Assembly: GCA_002254405.1 (NCBI GenBank)
Contig: NJDH01000001.1
Span: forward strand, 1-53,624
Length of the DNA: 53,624 nt
DNA from: Candidatus Altiarchaeales archaeon ex4484_96
GTDB taxonomy: Archaea; Altiarchaeota; Altiarchaeia; IMC4; QMZM01
Direction of reading: 5' to 3'
Part shown: in pieces, positions 21,085 to 29,128 of the stretch
Position numbering within the stretch: position 1 is the stretch's first letter
Layout: every line of letters begins with the position of its first letter
Position numbers and translations under genes: made by a program
The notes under the pieces: model-generated
Seen by the model: the letters and a program-made list of their open reading frames with translations, nothing else
Database searches by the model: none
What the model was told of the DNA's origin: nothing

Positions 21085-22328
21085 AGAAGGTCATCGGGTA
21101 TGTTTTGTTTGTTGAACAGGTCATTGAGGTCTTCTCTTTCCCGGATTAATTCAGCCGAATGCCCCCAGACCAGCACCTCAGGGGGGCGTGGTCTGCTGTT
21201 GTATTGACTGCTCATAGAAAAACCATAGGCCCCCACATCATATATGGCCAGTATATCACCTGCTTTGGTCTCGGGCAGGCTGCGGTTGGAGCCCAGTATA
21301 TCACCTGACTCGCATATGTTGCCGACTACATCATAGTTCCTGTTGTTTTCTTTGGCGCTGAGGTTAGCTATTTTATGGTAGCTGCCGTACATGGCCGGCC
21401 GAAGAAGGGTATTAAATCCGCAGTCCAGGTTGATATAATTCTTGTAGGGTGTTTCTTTAACGCTTTGCGCCTCACATAATAATATACCAGCATTACCGAC
21501 CACGTATCTTCCCGGTTCAAGCCAAAGCTGGGGCTCATATCCTGTCCTGTGGCTCCATCTTTCAAGCACCTGAACTAGTTCAGCAGCCAGCTCATCCGGT
21601 GTTGGGACATCCCCTCCCTCATAGTTTATACCCAACCCGCCTCCGATATCAATATACTCTAGTCTAATCTCAAGCTCTGCTTCTAGTTTCTTCACAAACT
21701 CCATCAGCTTATCTGTGGCTTCAAGGAAGGGTTTTATGTCGGTTATCTGCGAACCGATGTGCATGTGAACGCCTTTGATTTCAACCGTCTCCAGCTCGGC
21801 GGCGAAACGATAGGCTTTGAATGCTAGATTGTTTTCTATGTGGATTCCGAACTTTGAGTCTTTCATGCCGGTTGAAATCTTGGGGTGTGTTTTAGGGTCT
21901 ATTGAGGGATTCACTCTGAAGGATATTGGTGTTTTCTTGTTTTTGGTTTTGGCGATTTCATGTATCCGGTTGAGTTCATCCATGGAGTCGATGTTTAGTA
22001 TCGCACCTGATTTTATGGCCTGATTTATCTCCTCTATTGTTTTAGCGTTGTTTGAGTAGATTATATCTTTTCCGTCGAAACCGGCTTTTAGTGCAGCCTT
22101 CAACTCCCCGCCCGATACCACATCAGCGCATGCTCCCTCCTGCCTGAGCAAGCGCAGTATAGCCAGATTGGTGTTTGCCTTAAGAGCATAATATACTTTC
22201 GTCTTGGGGTAGCGGCTGCGGAATGCCAGAAGATAATCCCTGAAGTTTTTACGTATCCTCTCCTCGTCGTAGACGTAAACAGGTGTCTTGTATTTTTTCG
22301 CTATTTTAAGCAAAATCGATGAATCCAT
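21081..22328 (-). CDS. lysA: Diaminopimelate decarboxylase (fold-III PLP decarboxylase)
   Basis: YALKANTN PLP-lysine motif, GGGLGI, and GNICESGDILG. 415 aa. An ornithine/arginine decarboxylase cannot be excluded. Confidence 0.75.
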   Translation of the reverse strand: MDSSILLKIAKKYKTPVYVYDEERIRKNFRDYLLAFRSRYPKTKVYYALKANTNLAILRLLRQEGACADVVSGGELKAALKAGFDGKDIIYSNNAKTIEEINQAIKSGAILNIDSMDELNRIHEIAKTKNKKTPISFRVNPSIDPKTHPKISTGMKDSKFGIHIENNLAFKAYRFAAELETVEIKGVHMHIGSQITDIKPFLEATDKLMEFVKKLEAELEIRLEYIDIGGGLGINYEGGDVPTPDELAAELVQVLERWSHRTGYEPQLWLEPGRYVVGNAGILLCEAQSVKETPYKNYINLDCGFNTLLRPAMYGSYHKIANLSAKENNRNYDVVGNICESGDILGSNRSLPETKAGDILAIYDVGAYGFSMSSQYNSRPRPPEVLVWGHSAELIREREDLNDLFNKQNIPDDLL

Positions 22329-22364
22329 TTTTTTGATACAGAGCTTAATAGTTATTTAATTCAT

Positions 22365-23372
22365 GTGTTTAAATTGGAGTCTTTGACGCCTGATTACCGG
22401 TTTGATGCCGTGTTGCTGGAGAACAGAATCAAGTCCCTGGGACGGGAGCTTGTGGATAAAAAATTCGATAGAGTAGAATGCAGAAAAAAAGTTGAGGAAT
22501 GTGGTTTTGTGTTAGATAAAGTATCTTTGGTTGAACCCGGGCGCGGTGTGGAGTTTCTTGCTGCTGACTCATCTATTGTGAAAGAAGAACTCAGGTACAT
22601 GGCTTTATGGGCTGTGCATTGTGTTGTTCTGAGGGGCTGTTTTGACCTGGATAAACACAGGGACCCTCTCATCGGAGGCGACATACGCTATAAGAACCTT
22701 ATGTATGATTCATTTATTGATGCGGGACAGATTAAACCCTACCAGATGGTGGACGAGCAAATAAACAACATACGCATCCATCAGGAATATAAATCCCTTA
22801 ATCGTTCGCTTAAGGATTTAAAAAATGAAGGAGTTAAACCCGATTATCTGCTGGTTGACGGCAGCCTTATCACAAACCAACGTAAACTGAGCAGATACAA
22901 AAACAAAGACGCTCTTGAGGAATACACGCGTTTAAAGAATGAATGCATGATTGTTGGTTTATGCGAGGACTCGCATGCTGGTGATCTTGCAGCTAAATTC
23001 GGGATGGACTCAACCAACATCATGTTTTTTGACCTTATACTGGATGAAAAAGAGTATGTGGTGCACAAAAAAGATGATGTATATATCTGCCACCTTAAGC
23101 TCCCATCCAAAAAACTCTCTTATACTGGTGGAATAAACAGCCCGCCTCTGACCGTAAGATGGGAGTTCACAAACAAGGATTTTATTATGGATTTAAATAA
23201 ACTGGCTTTCATCTGGTCTTGTGAGGATGACCTGCTGCATCCACAGATTTATCCCCTCAGAATCGTGGATTATCTAACCCGGAAAATAAAAATGCCGGGA
23301 CTGCTTAGAAGAATAATCGAGGAAAACAATCTAATGTTAAGGTATCGGGATATGAGGGAAAGCAGCATATGA
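22365..23372 (+). CDS. NurA-domain 5'-3' nuclease-like protein
   Basis: GTG start. LAADSSIV and DYLLVDGSLI resemble the NurA catalytic Asp motifs. 335 aa. No HerA/Mre11/Rad50 neighbours. Confidence 0.5.
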   Translation: MFKLESLTPDYRFDAVLLENRIKSLGRELVDKKFDRVECRKKVEECGFVLDKVSLVEPGRGVEFLAADSSIVKEELRYMALWAVHCVVLRGCFDLDKHRDPLIGGDIRYKNLMYDSFIDAGQIKPYQMVDEQINNIRIHQEYKSLNRSLKDLKNEGVKPDYLLVDGSLITNQRKLSRYKNKDALEEYTRLKNECMIVGLCEDSHAGDLAAKFGMDSTNIMFFDLILDEKEYVVHKKDDVYICHLKLPSKKLSYTGGINSPPLTVRWEFTNKDFIMDLNKLAFIWSCEDDLLHPQIYPLRIVDYLTRKIKMPGLLRRIIEENNLMLRYRDMRESSI

Positions 23373-24122
23373 TTATATTCTCTCAACCTCGAGATCTGTT
23401 TCCTCTATTAACCCCAAAATCCTTTTTTTTTCTTTCCCCAGCCCCTTCCACTCAACATAGACGGTATCTGGTTTTGGAACAGTTTTTGTTATCATCTCAT
23501 CAAGCATGTATTCATCCAGGTAAGCTAGATTATGTTTAGGGCAGATGTGCCCGATAGCATATTCTTTTATCCTGCTGAATTTTCGACAGTAGTGTCCGCC
23601 TCCCAGCCCTATGGCTGTTTTGGCTTTTTTCCCGGGTGAATAATTCATGAGCTCGCTGATTGTTTCAGCAGCTATCGAGCAGGCGCTCATATCGTTCCAT
23701 TGTTTTAGGCTGCTGCCCACCTCCACAAACATTATGGGGTTATGTAAGGCTGTTGGCCCGTGGTGCGTGGCTTCTAAGCTGACCTCGTAGCCTATTTTTT
23801 TTATTTTTTGTTTCTTATCTAGCAGCTGTAATGCTTTCTGTAGATATAATGCGGGAGCAAACGAGAGCTGTCTTGGGTTTCCCCCATAGTCTGAGGTGTC
23901 ATAATTCCCGGGTGAATGAGTGGTTAAACAGGGCTTACCTGAGGATGAAGCGTGTTTTGATGCGACAATACATAGCGTCTGGGGGTCTATCTTTAGTTTC
24001 TCCAAGCTTAATACATCACTTACTTCAAGCAATTTTGTTACATCGTGGTTTTCCCGCAGCTTTGAGCTTATGTTCACCCCCGCTGTATCTTCCCCGGAGT
24101 ATAGTATTATTTTATCTCGCAT
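23373..24122 (-). CDS. dtdA: D-aminoacyl-tRNA deacylase, archaeal type (DtdA/DTD2)
   Basis: SLEATHHGP motif. 249 aa. Confidence 0.75.
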   Translation of the reverse strand: MRDKIILYSGEDTAGVNISSKLRENHDVTKLLEVSDVLSLEKLKIDPQTLCIVASKHASSSGKPCLTTHSPGNYDTSDYGGNPRQLSFAPALYLQKALQLLDKKQKIKKIGYEVSLEATHHGPTALHNPIMFVEVGSSLKQWNDMSACSIAAETISELMNYSPGKKAKTAIGLGGGHYCRKFSRIKEYAIGHICPKHNLAYLDEYMLDEMITKTVPKPDTVYVEWKGLGKEKKRILGLIEETDLEVERI

Positions 24123-25213
24123 TCTTTCATTAATTGGTTTACTAACTCATCGGGTTTAAGTTTCTGCTCTATTTTTTTTATTTTTATGATATCCGCCCTC
24201 GTGGAGGGCTTGCTGGGAACATAACCGCAGGAGCCGGGTTTTAAAAGCATGTATGTTTCTATTATTCTTGCTTTCTCTATTATCTCCTGCTTATCAAAGC
24301 CTGCTAGAGGACGGTATACTGGTAAATTAACTGCTTCATCTATCACCCTCAGATTATATATTGTTTGGGTGGCAGCCTGTCCTATGTTTTCTCCTGTGAT
24401 TATCCCCTGCGCTCCTTCTTTTAATGCGATTTCTTCTGCTATTCGTAGCATCATCCTCTTACATAATACGCAGGTGTATTTACCTGCTTTCTCCTGTATT
24501 TTCATCAATGTTTTATCCCAGGGGATGAGAATTGATTTTATTTCATGTACGCTGTATTTTTCTAGTTTTTTAAGCACCTTAAGGTAATCCTGGCTGCTTC
24601 CATAGTGTAATGCGATTATCTCACATCCTCTTTTCATCATCATCCAGGCTGCTATGGGTGAATCAATTCCCTCGGATATTAATGCTATGAGCTTGCCTTG
24701 GGTTTTATATGGTAAGCCGCCTACTCCGTTGATTATTTTATCGTAGATGTATGCTTTTTTCCCTCTGATTTCAACGTATATTGTGGTATCAGGGTGTTCG
24801 AGGTTCACATGACAGTTTATGTGTTCTAGTATTATGGCGCCTAGTTTCTCCTCTATTTTTTTGCTTTTCAGCGGGTAGTCTTTGCTTCGGCTGACTCGAC
24901 AGGCGAATGCATTTTCTTTTTTTATCACATTTGAGGCGTATTTCAGTACCTCCTGTGTTAGGTTTTTGATTTCTGATTCGGTTTCTTTTACCGGGCTGAG
25001 TGATTTAATGCCATAGATTTTGCTGATGCTTTTAGTGTGTTTTTCTATGTTTTTGGTTTTAACATATATTCTGTGTCTTCCTTTTTTGATTTTGGCTTCT
25101 GGGTTGTTTATTTTTAATCGGATGTTTTCGATTAATTGGTTTTCGAATTTGTTTTTCACGTATTCGCTTTTCAGGTATATCTCTGAGTATCTTATGAGGA
25201 TTGTGTCATACAT
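24107..25213 (-). CDS. thiI: tRNA 4-thiouridine synthase ThiI (THUMP + PP-loop)
   Basis: N-terminal ThiI-type IRYSEIYLKS and PP-loop LISEGIDSPIAAWMM. 368 aa. Confidence 0.8.
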   Translation of the reverse strand: MYDTILIRYSEIYLKSEYVKNKFENQLIENIRLKINNPEAKIKKGRHRIYVKTKNIEKHTKSISKIYGIKSLSPVKETESEIKNLTQEVLKYASNVIKKENAFACRVSRSKDYPLKSKKIEEKLGAIILEHINCHVNLEHPDTTIYVEIRGKKAYIYDKIINGVGGLPYKTQGKLIALISEGIDSPIAAWMMMKRGCEIIALHYGSSQDYLKVLKKLEKYSVHEIKSILIPWDKTLMKIQEKAGKYTCVLCKRMMLRIAEEIALKEGAQGIITGENIGQAATQTIYNLRVIDEAVNLPVYRPLAGFDKQEIIEKARIIETYMLLKPGSCGYVPSKPSTRADIIKIKKIEQKLKPDELVNQLMKECEIK

Positions 25214-25257
25214 TTTTATTTCTGTTAGTTGTTAATATTATTTAACGCAGGAAAAAA

Positions 25258-25974
25258 ATGGTTACTGTATTAAATATTGGGGATTTGTTTAAGGGGGTGG
25301 GTTGGGCTTTGAGGGATTTGTTTATGTTGTTGAATCCCTTTAGGTGGGATGATTTTTTCCTTGATATGAGGCTTCAGGAGCCTAAAATTAATCCTTTGTC
25401 TTTGTGGGCTCTTTTATCTGTTTTTTCTGTTATGGTTTTGCCTAGTATTTTCAGGGAGCAGTTTATGTTGGTGAATGCTGTGATATTGTTTATTTTGGTT
25501 TTTACTTTGTGGCTTGGGAATTATATCATGGATTTTTTTTTGTTGTCGGGTTATTTCACTTATATTGGTTATTTTGTTTCCGGGATCTATGGGACCATGG
25601 ATTCTATGACCGCTACTAAGGTGGGTTTTCTTTATTTTTTTATTGGGGTGTTTTTTGTGTGCTTGATTTCTTATGCGCTTGTTTTGTTGAATAGGCAGAA
25701 TCTTAGGTGGGCGGAGAGTTTTCCTTTAGCGGTTTATTCTGCGATACCTGGTTTGTTGGGTGGGATTTTTGTGGCTTACGCTGAGACTATTGTGTTGAGT
25801 TTTTTGTTTATCGCGTATAGTATTATCTTGTTTTATGTTGGTGTTAAGACCCGTTTGGGGTTTGATAGGGCGTTTTCTACTTTGGTTGTTAGTGTTTTTC
25901 TTAGTGGGGGGCTTAGCATGGTTTTGCTGAGGGTTTTGGCTCTCTTGTTGGGTGTTCCTGAGTGGGCGTTTTAG
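25258..25974 (+). CDS. Hypothetical multi-pass membrane protein
   Basis: 238 aa with 5-6 hydrophobic helices. No family recognised. Confidence 0.4.
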   Translation: MVTVLNIGDLFKGVGWALRDLFMLLNPFRWDDFFLDMRLQEPKINPLSLWALLSVFSVMVLPSIFREQFMLVNAVILFILVFTLWLGNYIMDFFLLSGYFTYIGYFVSGIYGTMDSMTATKVGFLYFFIGVFFVCLISYALVLLNRQNLRWAESFPLAVYSAIPGLLGGIFVAYAETIVLSFLFIAYSIILFYVGVKTRLGFDRAFSTLVVSVFLSGGLSMVLLRVLALLLGVPEWAF

Positions 25975-26027
25975 ATGGATGAGATTAGGGTTCGCTTCAG
26001 GTTTTAGGTTAAGTTTGAGCAAATAGA

Positions 26028-26036
26028 TTTTTTTTT
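26028..26036 (+). terminator. Oligo-T tract (T9) downstream of the membrane-protein gene
   Basis: Nine consecutive T about 55 nt after the stop at 25974. Archaeal terminators are oligo-T tracts. Confidence 0.35.
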
Positions 26037-26043
26037 ATTTTAA

Positions 26044-26112
26044 TAAGACCTATCGAGCTAAGCGATGATAGGTCATGTTTTGATCAAACTTTTGTTAAAA
26101 GTTTGCGGGGGA
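26044..26112. repeat. 69-bp direct repeat, copy 1 (contains a copy of the last 9 nt of tRNA-Leu)
   Basis: 66/69 identical to 26633-26701. Contains two hairpins, GACCTATC...GATAGGTC and CAAACTTTT-GTT-AAAAGTTTG. Confidence 0.9.
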
Positions 26113-26191
26113 TGGTGGTTTCCACCTAAACCGCGGAGGGGGACACCCCCTCCCCAGTTTCAAGGTCTTCCTGACCCTCACCCGATTTAAA
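26102..26191 (-). other. GC-rich three-hairpin element preceded by a TTTAAAT box
   Basis: Hairpins GGTC/GACC (26164-26176), GGAGGGGG/CCCCCTCC (26135-26153) and GGTGG/CCACC (26114-26126). The minus-strand TATA-like TTTAAAT lies at 26185-26191. The element ends in the tRNA-like TCCCCCGCA. Confidence 0.3.
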
Positions 26192-26254
26192 TATGTTTAT
26201 ATCTAAGCAGTTATAATCTTCTCTTATTAAAAGGTTAGAATATTTGATGATTTC

Positions 26255-26619
26255 TTGGATTGGAGTGGTGGGAAAAAACGTAGAAAACCAATTCCGAGAA
26301 GTATTAAATCGGAGGTTTTAAAGCGCCAGCATTATAAATGTAAGAATTGCAAGAAGGAACTTCCTGCAAGAAAACACTTTCACCATAAAAACGAAGATCC
26401 ATCAGATAATCGGTTGAGTAATATAATTGCTTGTGTCCAAACTGCCATAGCGACCATCATCATAAGGAGCAGGTGAAAAAACATCAAGAAAAAGAGAAAA
26501 AGAAAGATGAACAAAATCTGTTTGATATAGGAATATCTTCTTTTGGATTAGAAGCTAATAGAACAAATAAAAAAGGGAAAAAAAGAAAAAGGATATGTTT
26601 GATTTTTAATAGGGAGTAG
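26255..26619 (+). pseudogene. HNH endonuclease, frameshifted
   Basis: Frame 1 gives YKCKNCKKEL...HFHHKNEDPSDNRLSNII. The motif continues in another frame as CPNCHSDHHHK from about 26431. No ATG start (TTG at 26255). Lys-rich tail. Confidence 0.6.
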
Positions 26620-26632
26620 TTATCTAGTCCGT

Positions 26633-26701
26633 TAAGACCTATCGAGCATTGCGATGATAGGTCATGTTTTGATCAAACTTTTGTTAAAAGTTTGCGGGGG
26701 A
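26633..26701. repeat. 69-bp direct repeat, copy 2 (abuts and overlaps the tRNA-Leu 3' end)
   Basis: See copy 1. Positions 26693-26701 are the tRNA 3' end. Confidence 0.9.
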
Positions 26702-26775
26702 CGAGGTTCGAACTCGCGTAGGCCTGCGCCACTAGGTCCTAAGCCTAGCCCCTTTGACCACTCGGGCACCCCCGC
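26693..26775 (-). tRNA. tRNA-Leu (anticodon UAG)
   Basis: The reverse complement folds as a cloverleaf. Acceptor GCGGGGG/CCCCCGC, anticodon stem CTAGG/CCTAG with loop CTTAGGA, long variable arm, T arm GCGAG-TTCGAAC-CTCGT, discriminator A. No intron and no encoded CCA. Confidence 0.9.
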
Positions 26776-26833
26776 ATAATGGAGTTTCGGATGAGATTAT
26801 ATTGGATTCAGGATAAAATAATAGCCTAAAGCC

Positions 26834-26878
26834 CACGGGGGATGAGGTTCGAGCACCAGAATTTGCGGGGGACGAGGT
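26834..26878 (-). repeat. Two tandem fragments of the tRNA-Leu 3' end
   Basis: 26862-26878 (tttgcgggggacgaggt) is identical to the tRNA 3' end plus 3 flank nt. 26834-26857 is a degenerate T-arm/acceptor copy (cacgggggatgaggttcgagcacc). Confidence 0.75.
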
Positions 26879-27108
26879 CGGAAAAACGAGTTATGGAGAG
26901 CTTAATTTTTGAACCTGGGTTCAATGACCAAAGGAGAACTCCAGCAAGAAGTTGAAATAGGGTTTTTAGCCTGTTTCCGGAACATCTGTAGTTATATGGT
27001 ACTGGAAACATAAAAATCCTGTGAACGGGATACTGCAACGCATTAACTCGGTTTCTAGCGGCTCTGCTCCCAAGGAGAATTAAACACTATGCTTGGTTCT
27101 CAATGGCT

Positions 27109-27357
27109 TTATTGTTTGTTCTTGTGATAAAGTTCAAGAAATATTATTTTCTCTTCTTTTTTCAGGTACATGTAGGATAACCTATACGATGAAACATACA
27201 GTTCACGGGTGTTTTTTCTAGTGTATCGCATGGGTTTGCCGGTCTCGGGTTTTTTAATGATTTTTGTGATTTGTTTCTTCACCTGATCCTTCAGTCTGCT
27301 ATCTTTTATTTTCCTGATGCTGCGCTCAAAGCGGGAGTCAAAAGCGACAATCACCAT
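27109..27357 (-). CDS. RelE/ParE-family type II toxin
   Basis: 82 aa and basic. Overlaps the upstream AbrB-type gene by 7 nt. C-terminal ...YRLSYMYLKKEEKIIFLELYHKNKQ is typical of RelE-like toxins. Confidence 0.65.
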   Translation of the reverse strand: MVIVAFDSRFERSIRKIKDSRLKDQVKKQITKIIKKPETGKPMRYTRKNTRELYVSSYRLSYMYLKKEEKIIFLELYHKNKQ

Positions 27358-27632
27358 TCTTCGAGTTCAGCCAAGAACTCCCCGCCGTCCATCTCCCTGA
27401 ATCTTCCTTTCTCATAGCGTTCAAGTGCTTGAATGGTCTTCTTTGCGAAATCCAGATCCTCCAGGAAGTTCCCACCCACCTCCTTAACCGGCTTAAGTAT
27501 GAGTTGATGGTCTCTTTTTATGATCAAAAATTTATCCCCAACAGAGAAATCCTTGCGCATATCCAGGGGTATGACAACCTGTCCTTTAGAGCTCATTTTT
27601 GTAACATCAACATTAACCACATCTATCACCAT
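27351..27632 (-). CDS. AbrB/MazE/SpoVT-family antitoxin
   Basis: SSKGQVVIPLDMRKDFSVGDKF swapped-hairpin motif. 93 aa. Lies upstream of and overlaps the toxin. Confidence 0.7.
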   Translation of the reverse strand: MVIDVVNVDVTKMSSKGQVVIPLDMRKDFSVGDKFLIIKRDHQLILKPVKEVGGNFLEDLDFAKKTIQALERYEKGRFREMDGGEFLAELEEW

Positions 27633-27748
27633 AATAAGATTAGTCTTACAGGTTAATAAATCGATGTAACTACTCTAAATCAAAGACCCTATATTTATTG
27701 ATGTTCTACTGCCATGGGTTTAAATGAGGGATATAAAATGATTAGGAT

Positions 27749-28114
27749 ATGAAAAAGAAAACCACCGCATATATTATCGGGTTTTTTTTGTTGGCTTGTA
27801 TCACCGGCATTGTATTGTTGATGCAGCCGAAAAACTGCGTTGAAGAAAAAATTGTTTTAGAGGGGAGATTAGAGATAGCATACGATAAATATCCGATTAC
27901 TGTTTTATCCACCAAAGAAAAAAATATTTGGTTGTATGAACCCCCAAATAAATTCGATGAATACCTTAATAAAACAGTAAGAATCAAGGGCATCCTATCA
28001 CCAGCCCACTCTGAAGATATGAGATGCAAGATCTGCTTCAGGGAGTGTCCCACATGCCAGTGCCCGCTTAATGAGCCGCTCCTATATGATGTTGAGATAC
28101 TTGAGGTATTTTAA
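27749..28114 (+). CDS. Small hypothetical secreted/anchored protein with C-terminal Cys cluster
   Basis: N-terminal MKKKTTAYIIGFFLLACITGIVLL signal/anchor and C-terminal CKICFRECPTCQC. Confidence 0.4.
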   Translation: MKKKTTAYIIGFFLLACITGIVLLMQPKNCVEEKIVLEGRLEIAYDKYPITVLSTKEKNIWLYEPPNKFDEYLNKTVRIKGILSPAHSEDMRCKICFRECPTCQCPLNEPLLYDVEILEVF

Positions 28115-28138
28115 CCTGAGGAGGTAATCATTTATTGT

Positions 28139-29128
28139 ATGGTTGACGGGGGTTTATTTGTTGATGTATTACTGGGGTTGAGCTCTCTTGCTGTGCTTGT
28201 TGTGAGCGCCCGCTATGCTGTTGAGCGCATACACAGCCTGCTGGTGCACTACGGCATCTCGGATACCTCGGGGGTTTGGTGGTTTTCTCTATGGCCACAA
28301 GCCTGCCAGAGATATTCTCGCACCTGGCGGCCTCAATTGGTATATTATCCGGGAGCCTTGACTATGAGGTAGCATCAGCTACAGTGCTCGGAGCAAACAT
28401 AAGCTCGGATGTCATCCAGCAGACGCTGATACTGGGGTTGGTGGTTTTTTTCATGGGAAAGCTAAGATTCAAAAAGGATTTCCTCAAAACAGGATATCTG
28501 CCGATGATAACAACCACATTAATGTGTATTGTTTGGGATACGACGGCATCTACTCGCGCCTGGATGGTCTCATATTGTTCGGGTCTTTCATCGCATACAT
28601 GATATACCTCTATCGGAGAGAAGACCACCACATGAAACAAGACATGCAGGTGTTGGATAAAAGCGTGAACGTAAAAGCAGATTCTCTGATAGCATTAACC
28701 TGCTTTATTTTGATGTTGGGTAGCGCTCATTTTCTGCTTAAAACAGCCCAGGATGTTGTGGTTTTAACGGGATTAGGCGGCTCATTGATTGGTGTAATCG
28801 GCCTGGGAGTGGCCTCAGCATCCCCTGAGTTTTTTACCGCAGTATTTGGTTTAAAACAGCATAGTGAGGGAATATCGCTTGGGACTTTAATCGGGAGCAA
28901 CATAACCAATCCATTGGTGGCCATGGGCGGGGGGGCTTTGATTTCAACCTACTGGGTTCCAAGGCCGTTAATATACTGGGATCTGCCGATGGAAACAATA
29001 ACGGCGGCGCTGCTTTAGTTTACCTGATTAAATCCAGGGGCCGGCTTGGAAGATACGGCGCCATCTACCTGATGGGGTTATATTTCATATACCTGGGGAT
29101 TAGGTTCACTTATTTTTCCCTGGATTAG
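28139..29128 (+). pseudogene. Ca2+/cation (CaCA, YrbG-type) antiporter, disrupted by at least three frameshifts
   Basis: Four pieces in frames 2,1,0,2 together align along the intact paralog at 50830-51780. Pieces include GISDTSGV|VVFSMATSLPEI..., ...ASASPEFFTAVFG...GSNITNPLVAMGGGA, and the tail LVYLIKSRGRLGRYGAIYLMGLYFIYLG. Confidence 0.75.

Noticed and set aside
25726-26022. 98-aa minus-strand ORF rich in N/K/Q/P.
   Set aside because: It is antisense to the membrane-protein gene 25258-25974 and has low-complexity shadow-frame composition.
26102-26184. Possible split-tRNA 3' half or second tRNA gene, because the element ends in the tRNA-Leu acceptor sequence TCCCCCGCA.
   Set aside because: The 17 nt preceding the acceptor strand cannot form a 5-bp T stem with a 7-nt loop (only GGTGG-AAA-CCACC). 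No matching 5' acceptor strand (GCGGGGG) exists upstream. It is kept only as an unexplained structured element.
26826-27038. 70-aa minus-strand ORF in the spacer between tRNA-Leu and the TA module.
   Set aside because: It overlaps the tRNA 3'-end fragments and has no recognisable motif. It is most likely a chance ORF in scar DNA, and I could not support an integrase remnant from the translation.
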